A stretch of 64,000 nt of DNA. Origin: Squalus acanthias (Eukaryota). Shown here one piece after another: positions 50,801-64,000 of the stretch. Within the stretch, counting starts at the first letter, position 1, and every line of letters begins with the position of its first letter. The stretch covers positions 4,650,001 to 4,714,000 of the forward strand of contig CM059430.1 of assembly GCA_030390025.1 (NCBI GenBank), in the 5' to 3' direction. Below the pieces are notes generated by a model that saw nothing but the letters and a program-made list of their open reading frames with translations, had not been told where the DNA came from and ran no database searches. Position numbers and translations under genes: made by a program.

Positions 50801-53800
50801 TCATGGCCGAATCAAGAGGCCTATAATGACGCACAATTCCAAGGGTTTGTTATTAACACAGCTGCATTGGTAGTCTCAAAATGGCTTGAGCGTGTGCTGC
50901 ATCAACATTAAAAGATACCATTAAGACATGATATAGGTACTCAATTGATAACATGCAAGGCTCATGATAATGAAAAAAAAACAACAAAAGGCACTATGTT
51001 ATAGTACCTTTAAATTTCATTCAGTGTTGCAACCCATATATACTTCTGTGCACTGGAATAAAAAGGTTCTAAATCTTTAATGTTACACACTGTGTTCCAG
51101 CTTAACACTTCCGAAAGGAGGAAAAAAAAACATAACATGCTTCTAATCACTGTATACACAGTATTGCTCATGCACCTATGTAGATTTCTGCATGCACTTG
51201 TTCTTTTGCAATGTACATGACACATCTCATAAATAAATTATGATAAGACATTGCATGGTAAACCATCAATTTACATTTTGCTAATTTAAACAATACCCTG
51301 AACTGCAAATGGATACTTGCTGAAAGAATTTAATGCTGCACTGTGGATGACCACAAAGCAGGATATAAAACAGATAGAAGAGTGTGAGACATATAAATTA
51401 TTTCATGTTTCTGTCACCTCCTCAGCTCCTGGAGCACAAGGCCACATTAAATTTATTCTTTCAAGTGCTTTTTGGGCCCTAGAAAGGCCAGCTATGAAAT
51501 AATCAATCTATTAAATAAATCACTCCATGTGTTAGTGATTGACATTATTGCAAGAACATTAGAAAAAATCAGGATTTATTCTTTTTTGAAACTGTTTATA
51601 GCTAAAGAGATGATTTACTGATCCTAAAATGATGCATTATGAATGAAACCATAAACAGGTTGAAAGGCGCAGTGTAGTATGTGCAAGCATTTTTTAAGTT
51701 GCTCTGATACACATTTCTGCAACAAAAAGACAATGGTACCAGTGAAGTAATAGCTAAATGACTACTAAGGTAATATGCCAACATTACTCCTTCCCCACTT
51801 GCAGTTTTTTTAAAAAATGTTTCATTTTAATTGTGGTCACTTATGACTCTTATTTTAAATGTACGTTAGTCTGCAGCAACAAACATTGTACAAATATGAT
51901 ATTGAAATTTCCACCAGGCCTAGAACAGCAGAAAGCTTTTCAGTCAGTTTGAATGTTGCTACTGTGTTATTAGAAACGTAAGCTCTAACCCAAATTACAT
52001 ATTTTACTGTTTGAATAGATTGTATTAATCATAACCACACTGAACATCATGTACCCTGTGGCTGTTGTGGTAGTTTTAGCTTCCTCCCCAATATTCAGCA
52101 AGCGACAGTATTTTAAGTTTATATTTTATGAATATTTCATTATTGTTGAAGGTGATTCAGGAACTTTGTGATCAAACCAAATGCTAATGTTGATTCTTTT
52201 TCACAAATTCACATTCAGTGCAAAAAAGTTATACTAATTTAACACAATTTGACTGTTCGATGCAGTAAAATTAAAAGTAATCGCATTCATTAATTTTAGA
52301 TTTTTCAGACTGTTTTCACATTATTGGACACAGTAAATAAAAAAAGGATTGCTTTTTGCTACGAGTGCTGTCTGAGGCTATTGCAGCATCTCAGCTGTAA
52401 TAATGTGAGCCCGAGCCCCCACAACAGGCCTCAGTTCTCCAGAATTAACCATCATTTTTGGCTGCTCAAATGTCAGTCTCATATCATTCGTAAAATGTAC
52501 AGAAGGTTCAGGTTACATTTCAATACCGAGATTTTCTTTCACATCTTTCTGCCATTTCTACCGTTAGATTTTCTTTACTGAATTTGATACGCATTTTGAA
52601 TCATCCTTTGCCTGAATAATTTCAACCTAATTTTACAGTGAAAAAAAATGTGTGTTTTCCTTCGGACATTTCTGATGTATTTGGTTGGGGTTTATTTTTG
52701 GATTTGGCGTTCAGATTAGAATGTACTAATCACATAACATTGCTGTGGAAGATGTAAAAATATGTAAATATATTTTCTCAAAGCCGAGAGCATTAATGCC
52801 CATGCTATCAAAATATTAATTTTGTGATATATGGCCTACAAAATGTTCAAACACAGAACATTACAGTTCAGCACATGAAGGGTAAGACAAAATTTTTGTG
52901 GACTGTGATCTTGAAGCATACATATTTGATGTATATTTGTATCCAACGGCCATCCTTTCCAATTTTGGCTGTGCGCTAATATTAAACGAAAGCAGCCGGA
53001 AATGTGACAGCCGATATATAAAAAAAAAAAGATATTTATTCTGTACTGATGTCGGTACTTTTGCACGTTTAAGCTGTGGTTTACTGCATTTTTGAGTAGA
53101 AAATTGCTTGGTATTTAATGCCTCTGACCTATAACCTGCACAGTACACAATCCTGCATCCATACTAATACGAGAGTACATGATATTCAGGGAAGATATTC
53201 CTTGTGAGCTTTACAAAAAAAAGTAAAGCGTATACAAACCTTTAATAGTTCCACATCAAAATGGAAACCTAGCTAACAGTGTAATCCATAGCTGGATATT
53301 ACAAACAGGCACAGCAGATAAATAACACAACAAAATGCTGGCATTAAAAATTAGCTCTTCGAGTGCACAAGATTTGAATCAGTGCTACCTAAGGTTGCAT
53401 TATATGTATTTAAACTCTACGATAAATCTATTATCACATATAATCTAATTTCTAAAATTTCTAACCTATTGCTTTACATTTGCAAGCAAAACAATGATTC
53501 AGGGAAGTCAGAACACACTTTTATAACAAGGTCAGTATACACCATTATTAGCTACTAGCACCCGCCAGTGAGCATGTTAATATGCATGTAACACGGAGCC
53601 ATATTTAAAAAAAAACATGTTACAAGCTTATTCATTTAAAGGAAATACATTTTTGTTATTAACCATAGACTAATATATATATAATATGTGTGTGTGTGTA
53701 TTCATTGCTTCTGCACACTATTTCTATTTTGCATAATAACTAACAAGAGTAGGAAAAAAGGTTTAGAAATCAAATCATGAAAACGGCCCTAAGGGTGGCA

Positions 53801-56800
53801 CAAACTATTTCTAATTGTTTGCTTATTGACACCAATTTATCACGGGGCACTTACTGAATAAAGGTTTCTGCAATACATGACACTTCGTTATGTCAGTTTT
53901 TACCTCATGTTACAGCCCACATTTGAAAGAAGTGCTGAAAACTCTCAGACCAGAAATGAGCAGCCTATTAAGATTTGAAAAGCTGTCATCCAAACTGAAA
54001 AGACTTGCGTCAGCCACAGAGGATATATTTTAACTGCCTGTCCACAAAACTTTAATAATGCTGTCTTGCTCTAATGTGTGCGAGAAAGACAATTTTACTT
54101 CTTCTATTAACCTGAAGTGATTACAATGACTTGATGGTGTTGCCTTATTTCATGGAATATTAAGTTCAAATTCTGCTCGCTGTAAGAACGATAAAAGTAA
54201 CTAGTTACTATATGCCCCCCAAAATAGCCCCAAGTGACACAAATATTTTATTCTCCTTGCAAGTATGGTGTAATCTAGGCCCAGCCAAGGAATGAATTTT
54301 GTCAGATTAGCTTTAATAAATTAGGAGCAGTATGTCTGGTTACTGTGTATTTTCATATCAGATACAATATCTCATTCTTTGTTTGGCAATCCGCATATGA
54401 ATGGAAAGGAGCTGTAAATTTCTTGCATCATAATAAGGCTTTACTTCAAATGAAAAGGATATATAGCAAGGTGGACCACTAGTGTCGTCACTGCTTGGTT
54501 CATACCTAGTTTACAGCACCATAAGCTCCTGGTGTAATATATTTGCATTTTATTGGTGGTGTTTTTGTGAACTATACTTAAATGCCATTTTTCATAGAAG
54601 AAGTCGTTACCTATAATAAATAAACAAAATGACGCTTCATTTTATTTATCATATGAAAGAATGAGACTTCCATATGTACAAGCAAGGCCATATTATTTTG
54701 GCGATCATATGCATATTAAACTGATGATTCAATATTTTCTAATCCTTTACAAAGCTGGTTTGTTTTAGTGATCAAATAGCCACTCAATGTCTACCGTAAA
54801 ATGACTAAGTTCTTTGCATGAAATGTTGTCCTGGACTCAACTACTGTTACATTTCTGAAACAACCTCGAACTAACCAATTTCATCATTCTCACTTTTTAT
54901 TTGAAAAATATCAAAATTCACAACACAAAAAAAGCAGTGCGTTTTAAGCAAACACATTGTAAGCAATATACAGGCTGTATAGCAGCCTACATTCCACCAG
55001 TTGTGCTTTATGTTGGACAAAATAATTCATAGACTGTATTTCAATTACTAAACAAAATGAATTGGCAAAAAATTAAGGGCAGAATCTAACAAATATAAGA
55101 TTAATATAGAATTATGAAAACGACTGAAATACACAATGAAAGAGATAGAGTGAGTGGTGGAATTCTTTGATGTCTGGATTCCAATTATACCCCTGACTGA
55201 GTTCAAAGAAAAAATGAATAAGGTATATTTTAGAAGGCACTATATGCATCTTTGGTCTCAGCACTAGCCCCTTTTTACCCTCATTCCTTTATGATACCCG
55301 GTGATGGCATTTCTTCCTCCAAATTCTCATATTTGATTCACTAGTTGACAAAAAAAAATACAAATGCTTTATCAGCTCTCATATTCCCCTCACAGGCCAT
55401 TCACTAGACCCATGAAAAAAATAATGGGATGAATGAGACTACTATATACAAGCTTCATAATTTTCACACTAATTCAAACAAGTGCAACAAATGCGAGCCA
55501 TTAAATACAATGCAATCTATTGCATCGACCAGGAAAACCCTTGCAGCTTCAGTCACTAAAATGAAGCATATATTGACACTAAAATTTAAAAATATACCTT
55601 TACTAAAAATGTATTTTTCTATTAATAGCGCACATTACATTAATATATAATCAAACTGAACTAGCAAACGACTATTTGGTGAAATAATATGCAGAACCTC
55701 AAAAAATAAAATGATGCACCACAAAATACCCATTTTATAAATATGTAATGGTGCAGCATAATGCACATTAAAGATTTCAACAGAAGTATTTTACCTATTA
55801 ATATCAATTACATTTTAATTTTTACACTTTATAATTCTGTCAAAAATTATTTCTTAAATTTATTTTAATTCAAAATATAAATTAGCATGCAACATCAAAT
55901 CTAAAGTGAATCTGGAGTTGACAGATAATGAGCCAATCATCTTTAAGCTGCAAAGATGCTACTTTGTACCTTTTTTTTGGTTAAAATTCATTAAAGGCTT
56001 TCATTTATTTTTGTCAGTTGATGACCAGCATATCGCACATTTTAGTAAAAGCAAAAATTGCGAATATTCTCAAATAGTATAGTTGCATTCTAGCCATTTA
56101 ATCCTGTAAGGAACAAATGTCAATGCCTCCATTTTGTAGGTTGCTTCTCTATTTCAAATTAAATAAAGGAAACATATTATTTTATGTTCATTATTTAAAA
56201 ATAGTGTCTCGCTTAACATTCATTAAGATCTGACTTAATGTTTACAAAAATATGATGGTAAATATAATAAAACTTTAATCAAATAGTAAGGAAATTTATC
56301 AGATTGGCTTTTAACACAAAAGGATGATCACAGCAGCCAAGTTTAGTAAGCAATAGAAGTAGAAATAGCACTACAAAATAGATAACAAGGGCATGCTTTT
56401 TACCTCAGAACTAAAGCATGGCATGCTAAAGCAAGTAATGAAATTATTGCTCGCTGAATAGGACAATTCCTACTCATACCGAAGACTGCCACTATAAACC
56501 ACAAAACACTAACTGAAGGATTATCAAGAATTTCTTATTTAACTATAGAAACCATTAGACTGAAAGAACTATAGGAAATAAATTACATTAATTTAACGAA
56601 TGGAAAAGGTAAATCCTTTTTTGACCTCATCCCATAGTCCAGGAACACATACTATACGCGCGTTGTTTGAAATCGTACACATACCAAAATAAAATGAATA
56701 GTAACCTCAACCGTGAAAGAATCCTTTATTTTCATTCCTTATATTACACATTTTTAGTGCCTTCATTTAGAAATAAATCAGTACATTAGGTGAATGTGAA

Positions 56801-58068
56801 AAATGTTAATCTAAATTCTACAAACCTAAGTGTCACGACAAGCATGTATGCTGCATTGAGCATAACAAGACGAAAGGGGTTATTGACACTCTGTTGTCTC
56901 AAACCACTCTGAATACATTTCACATTTCATCAGTTTTGTCTTTCCTACCACGGGTGAAGGCGATCGGAGCAGACACCCATTAGATTTTTCATACAATTTT
57001 TTCATGACACGTTGGCAGGATGATGGCAATTTTGAAATCTTACCAAATGAGAAAATGTCAAAAATTGAACTGACATCAATAGTCGTCAAGGAGACAGGCA
57101 ATAAAAAAAAATAAAGCTTGCTTAATTCATAAGTAATCAACATTTTTTTTTACAGCAGTAAGGAACATTAGAGCTTATTTTGGAAGAAAAGAATTCTATC
57201 TTTAATTAACAGAACACATCAAATTAACTGAGCTTTTCTTTGTTTCATTTCTATGTGAGAAGTGTGATTCTTCAGGGACTGTACATCCAAGCTCAATATT
57301 AACAAAAACACATAGTATAGGATACCAGACATAAAAGCCATTGCAGTTTTAGGTCAAGCAATTCTAAATTTGAGTGATGCTGTTTAAAAATGTGAAAAGA
57401 ATTAAAAATAACCCCTGTATATTACCCTGAAAACAGTCTCTATTAAATAGAGGGGCAGTAATAAAAATAAAAAGACACAAATTTTGAACAGAAACACAAT
57501 TAGCTGAACCCTTGAAAAAAAACCTCATAAAAATGCATTGAAAACAGTTAATTTCTGATAGTCAAAAGCTGTATGAAGCTGTCTCTGTATTTAAACTAAT
57601 AGTCTAATGTACGTATTGTCTATATGCATCTAAACATGCAACTACAAAATCTTTCAAGGATAATAGTCAGAATGTTCCTTTGTTTGCATGAGTCAAATAT
57701 AAAATCCCTCTGTATTTATTACTATTTTAGAATTAAAACTAGAAACAAAGAACATTTACAATAGAGCAAACATGCCGCTCCCTATACCAGGTTTAAAAAA
57801 ATAAACAAATTACAAATATATCACTAGATTCCAATAAAAACCATCCTTTGTCTAAAAAGCTGTCATTTTACACAATAGTGAGATACGCACAGCCTTAAAA
57901 TCAAAGGATTTGACAAAGCAAAGAAGATAGACTGCATTGCCATCTACAGGCATCAGAATGCAAAAACAGTCATTTCAAATTATAAACTCAAGTCATCTAA
58001 AATCTAAATATTCTTTGCTTGAGAAACAAAGATGTGGGATGCATAGTTATTTATAATTAGTTGATGTA

Positions 58069-58086
58069 TACACACACACACACACA
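58069..58086. repeat. (CA)n microsatellite
   Basis: Seen directly in the sequence. Confidence 0.9.
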
Positions 58087-61000
58087 AATATATATATGTG
58101 TTTTAGTTGTGCATTATGTTGTATGGCTCCAAGATTCCTTACTTAACAGAAATAGTGAATAGAACGGTGTAAATGGAGATTTAGTTTCGAGTTTGACGCT
58201 GTTTTTATTGGAAGTGCAAAGATTGGTGTATATCATTGTTTCATAAATAAATTGACTTTGCAAATTCGTTATTTAGCACAAGCATTATGTGCCCAATTCA
58301 AGCTCACTGATTCAACTGAAGAAACGGGATTGTGTTCATTCATTTTCAACATTCCTGGTGCTGAAATTCAGGGTTGGAACAATAATCAAATCCAAATTTC
58401 CAAAGGCATAGAAGTATCTTATAAATATATGTTAACTTTCAATGGCAAAATCCAAGGTCAACAGAGTTAAATAATTATACTGTAACTGAAGAAGCCAACA
58501 AAGTTGCAGGAAGAGAAATCTGGAAGATATTCAGTTGGGGTTGGCTGAGCCAGACTAGTAGTCAGTATTAATTTCCTTTCAGTTATATTTACGTGGTACC
58601 ATTTTTGTAGTCAAGAAAAGGCCTATCCTATGTTATTTCATGGTAATACAGAAATCATGTTCATGGAAAGCAGAGTGACTACTAGTGTGCAGGATGCCCT
58701 GAGTTTAATAAAACTCTCAAGCTACGATATACATTAATGATCCAGGAAGTCACTTTTTCTGCTACATCCATCATCTACAGCAGAAAATGAAGTCTTTGAC
58801 AGCATTATGGAATTACTTCTGATCTTGTCAGTAATTTGTAGGTTATAATTAATATTATAAAAATCTGTGTGAAAACTGTGCACAGTAAGGATTGGTATTT
58901 TTTTTTTACACAGTCATATTAAAAGAAAATTACTGTACACTCCATAAATTGTTGATGGCTAAGGCCTGCATGAACATGTACGAAGCATGTAAAGCTACAG
59001 AATAAAATTAAAAACTGCTGTCTGAATATATTTCAGGTGGCAACTATACTTAAATAAGATATTGGTTGAAATTGCAAGTTTCGTTAGTGCAAAGTTAATG
59101 GTTGCAGGTTATTAGATTTATAAATAAGAAGAAAAGGTTTACATGCGAATAGTATGTGACATGTTACAAAGGACAGGGGCATCAGGTTTATTTAAATTGC
59201 CTCTGTTTTTCCAGTGAATTATTCTTACTGCTATTTTCATGCATCTGTTTACATTAATGCTCTCGCAGACATATGATTTGTCCACTAAACTGAATTGCCT
59301 GTTCACGCCATAACGTCGCACTTTCTGCAGTAGCTATCATGGTGTAATATTAATGTTCAATTACCTGTTTTCAGTTTGTTCTGAATTTACAATAATAATG
59401 GATCTGCTCCCATGAGTGACCTATAATAAATAATTTTGTGGCACTTCCGGTCCTATTGTTAAAGAGTAAAAATTAGAAAAATAATTAGCAATTTATGTTG
59501 TGGGAATTGCAGTTTAACTTGAAAAACTTTCCTCGAAGATAATGCAGAAATCAGACTTTTAGATGAAGCAAATAAGGATTTTTGAGCCTGAAAAGAAAAC
59601 CCCCAACAAAATGTAGCATCTAAATTATTGAGAAAATTATCAAAGCAAAACAGCTGCATTATCTATGCTGGATATTCTGAAATACTGTTTATCTGTGTGC
59701 GAGGTACGTAGAATTTGCTAAAAAATGATCAAGCCATTTTGTTAGCAGGAATATCACAACTACGGAAATGGAACTGTATTGAAAATGTCACAAACTTAAA
59801 TAATAGATGAAATTTATAAAAAATGTACAGGTGAATAATAATCTTTTGTTCATAAAAAGTCAATGTCTGGTATAGCCATTAAAAATAGGCAGCAGAAACC
59901 CTTTGCTGAGTGCTAACTTTCTAAAATACTCAAGGTTTCTGCGTTCAAGTCGTTGCTTCATGTATTCCAGTCCTTAACAATGGACAACAAGCAGAAATAT
60001 CCTGCCCTGCTTTTATGTAGTGGCATAAGTTGCTATTATGTTGTTGGTTTGTGTTAATTCAAATTTCTGATCTGCTTTATAATTCTTAATTGTTCTTTTC
60101 ATTATGCTTGCTGCATTTCCATCGGAAAATATGATGTAAAATGTCCATCGGCATATCGTCCCCCACAATGGGGGAGAAAAAAGCTGTAAAATGTGTAGAT
60201 TATGCTCCTCATACCAATTGCTCAAGAAAAATATTCATCACATAACATTTTGTGTTAAATACTGGGGTCTGTACTTGGGTTGAAAGAAACTATTTAACCA
60301 GTAATAGGCCTCAATTAACTCACTGCAGTCAAATCATTTATCCCAATAATGAGGCTCAGGTGTACCTATAACTTTAGCTGTTTATTGCTTTGCAACAGTG
60401 ACATCGTGAATGAGATCACCTCTGCCGTGATAAACAATAAAGGTTTTTACAGAAATTTCTTCGCATTTAAATATTGTGTTGTGTGTAATGGCAATTCTAT
60501 CCATAAATTATTATTGTGAAAAAGACTTCCCGAGTACAGGAGCTCAAAGCAGGTTCCCACCGAGCACCAAATGCTAAATCTATACATAAACTGGAAAAAA
60601 CACAAGAACTGATATGGGGAGTTTACAGCACAGGGTTGGATACAGAACAATTGTTATCACCTTTGTGGTAAAGTAACCACAGATTCATTGTAGGGAAAAT
60701 TTCTTTCCAGCATTCCAACTGAAAAAGATATAACCAATCTAGTTTTAAGGGTAAACATACATGCAAGTAGGAATGATGTAGAGGCAAACATTAAATCGAT
60801 ATACCAAAATAAAGTCTTTAAATGAATAAAATACATGGTAGAAAGTATTTTACTACATTGTATTTTAGACATCAAAATTGTCCATAATCAAAACCTGAAA
60901 GTAGAGGAGTACAAAGAAATAACTACCATGGATTTATGATTACTGAAAATCAATATCAGTTATTGATCAGTAAATTACTAATGAGATCAGATGAGTATTT

Positions 61001-62757
61001 TCTTTGGCATAGTATACATAACCCAATTGACGTAACACGTTTTTCATATTTATATCTCACATCAGTGTAATTTTTGTTTTAGGTAGCAGGGGAATGACTG
61101 ATTAATTTTATAGTTAACCAATAATAAACTGCAAACTTTTAAAAAAAAAGAATAATCCACTTCTGTTGAGAAACAATGGAGATGAAGGATCATACAACTC
61201 CAGTGCATTTATTAATTCTAAGTCACTTTTAAAAGGCTGAAATATTGTGCTTCCACATTCTGATATGACCAGTGAAATTTAAAAAAAAATCTAAAATTAC
61301 TATCTGAAGTTCTGATAAAGACACACTCTCATCATCGACACCTCCGGGCAAGGCCATCTAATAGGGACAAATTGCCAATGACTGCCCAAGCAACTACCAC
61401 AGACTGCTGATTTGTGGATTGATACTGATGTTTAATGATCCCCTTGGGTGGATCAATAGTAATAATCCTCTTTTCTGCCTTTCTTTCTTATTGGCACTAC
61501 AGACTAGGGTTTTGGTGGGAGCTCTGTAGCAATTGCAAGCTTACAGTGCTGTAAAGCAAACATTCTACAAGTTAAAACGCCAGGTAGAGAATAAACAGAA
61601 TTTCATTGCTTTACACATTAGAAGTTTTAGTTTCCTTGATTTATGATTTAGGTTATATAAAAACTAATACATGTCTGGGATTAAATCCATGAAAAACAAA
61701 GTTTTTTACCTGTTTTTCTCAATTTGTCTGAATTGCTACATTGTTCAATAGTAGACTAGATTTATTTTAGAAAATTATTTTCATTTGAAAAACCGATTAA
61801 AAATTAAAATTAGAATTCTTGTAAATGAACAAAAATAACAGTTGATTCAACATTTACATTAAATTCTGTCAACTCGCAACAAATTTGCATCTGTAGTACT
61901 GTGTAGAACCTTCATAGCATCAGGACTTCATTGCAAACACACCTCTATTTAAGCCACTCCTGACAGTATTGTTACAATTTGGCTTTAGATTTGTAAAACA
62001 TAAAAACGCTATAGATTTTCCTGTATCAATAAATAAAAATACCAATAATAATACAAATAGAAATATTTGTGTATTATATACTTAATTCAGCACCTTTTGT
62101 TCATATAAATACTGTTGCAGATTCTGTAAATTTCAGCAATAAATGTCTGATTGTCAGGCTGTGCTCCATGTTTAATGATCATAAAATTCCATGCAAATAA
62201 AATCAGGTTTAAAAATGATGCTGAAGAAAAGTGAAAACAAATAAAACTGAAAAGTACTATCAATTTAAAAAAAAATTCAGCCCTAATAAAGAATGCATTC
62301 CGACAGCCCCTAGCAACTAATCAACCTTGTACAGTAAATCAAAAGCCCTCTCCCGCTTACTTGCATAAGCGATCACATTCAATTCATTACATCATTATGT
62401 CATATCCATACTAATCTCTGCCCTCACACCTCCGTGGCTTTGACATGCAAATGAGCTAGAAAAGCGCACATTAAGAAACACCGCAATCATGTCATGATTC
62501 TGAGCTTCAAGCCCCCCTCTGCACACAGGGCTTGTGATCAGAAGAAACAACAGCAATCTGTTGAGGATCAGACGCTGAGGCAAGGAGGAGGGGAGATGGA
62601 TACATACATACACGTGTCACAAACGCAGCCTGTGTGCCTACTTTGCATATTCACATGATTTCCATGCTCATCTGCTTTGGCAGTCAAGTACAAGTTTTTT
62701 AAAGTCTCGCACTACGAAGACATAAATAAAACGAGGAAAAGGGTAGACCTGCCTTAC

Positions 62758-62865
62758 CTCAGCTTGTTTGCCTTGTGCTCTTGCCTTGGAATTCCCTGTG
62801 GCTGCTTTGAATTTTGAGCTCCATCCTTCAAGGTTTTGCTTTCCCCTCCTCTCCCTGAGTTGTGA
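62758..62865 (-). other. Candidate 108-bp spliced exon of a minus-strand gene
   Basis: Acceptor TCTTTTTATTTTTTTTATATACCAG| and donor GCTGAG|GTAAGG on the minus strand; purine-rich body; open in one frame (SQLRERRGKQNLEGWSSKFKAATGNSKARAQGKQAE). Protein not recognised, so it may be 5' UTR. Confidence 0.5.
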
Positions 62866-63767
62866 CTGGTATATAAAAAAAATAAAAAGACAACTACATG
62901 TTAAGCCAGCAGGCAAGACATCATGAAGCCTTGGATAGGGGGAGGGAAGAGAGGAGGGGTGGGTCACAGTTAAACGCTTTACAAAGGGAAACCTGAAGGC
63001 TTTCACAACTTGTAAGAGTCACTTTTCCAGACGTTGCTCTGAGGAGTTGGTGGTTTGGGGCTGGAACCACAATGCAAACATGTGCCTGGGGTTAAAAAAT
63101 TGAAAGCAAAAATCTTATATATATATTCAAAATCGGGATCGCTAGGTACAAAAATAACGAAATAAATAAATAATCTATGGCACAAATTCAGACAAAAATG
63201 CCACTTAAAGAGGTACACTTTGGATTGATCGAACATCCTGTAAGTAAAAGGTAATTTTAATCACATGTCTGCAGACTCTCTCTTCTGTGCAACTGAATTT
63301 GATGAAAACATTTATGACAGGGGCCATAGCTACAACAGAAAACCATAACTAGAAAAAAATGCATTCTTATGTTTTAAAAAGAGAATAAATTCTGTTTCAA
63401 ATGATAAGATGTAATTCTGAAACAAAATATCCAAGGGATGATAAATTACTTTTTTTTTTAAAGAAGTCAGCCATATTGAAAGTAAACCAAATAAAAGAAA
63501 ACCTTTTGTCATTTTAAGAAAAAATAAATAAGCAGGGGGAAAAACTTGGCGTCATTTGCCCAAAATGTACAAACAAATTCTTAATAGTTTTAAATTTCAC
63601 CCAAATTTAAGAAGCGGCGGTGGAGAAATAAGAAACAGAGATAAGCTGATGCCCTTTTTTCTTTCTCTGTTGATGTACTTCTTTTATCTACTGTGCCCTG
63701 AACAGGATCACATGGTGCTGCAGATACAGAGCAGGGGGGGGGGTGGAGAAAGAGAGAGGAAAAAAAC

Positions 63768-63780
63768 CACACACACACAT

Positions 63781-63823
<43 letters not shown>

Positions 63824-63827
63824 CACA
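63768..63827. repeat. (CA)n/(CG)n compound microsatellite with Z-DNA-forming potential
   Basis: 60 bp of uninterrupted purine/pyrimidine alternation including CGCGCGCGC. Confidence 0.9.
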
Positions 63828-64000
63828 AAGAAAAAAAGACAAAATTTGCATGCTGGACTGATCTGACAGAATCTTCAGCTTGCTTTCCCTGGTTTTAGCC
63901 TGAAGACGCATGACCCTGCTGTGGCGAGCAGCAGCCGTGGAGGTGACCCCATGCTAACCAGCCTGTTAGAACTAATAAGGTACACCCATAAGCGACACCA

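Overview
AT-rich vertebrate genomic DNA, very probably from a cartilaginous fish (shark or ray). This is inferred from an HE1-like V-SINE, CR1 LINEs sharing its 3' tail, and elasmobranch-style Penelope and Harbinger repeats. I see no intact protein-coding gene; every recognisable ORF is a decayed transposon fragment. Positions ~1-45 kb are a patchwork of CR1 and L2 LINE fragments, one Penelope-like element (RT + GIY-YIG), short Penelope-derived elements with minimal hammerhead-ribozyme motifs, two decayed PIF/Harbinger elements (Myb/SANT-like and HARBI1-like remnants), several Harbinger-type and hAT MITEs, SINEs and a possible solo LTR. From ~45.5 kb to the end, recognisable transposons almost disappear. 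That stretch ends in a candidate 108-bp minus-strand exon, clustered octamer motifs and a 60-bp purine/pyrimidine alternating tract, which suggests the 5'/regulatory part of a large minus-strand gene. The most interesting observations are: an apparently intact minimal hammerhead ribozyme in a 178-bp insertion; a MITE family made of a chain of hairpins whose stems differ between copies but stay paired; a 94-bp inverted, locally templated patch beside a Harbinger end; and a minisatellite at a CR1 5' junction. I cannot support a wholly new biological system from the sequence alone.
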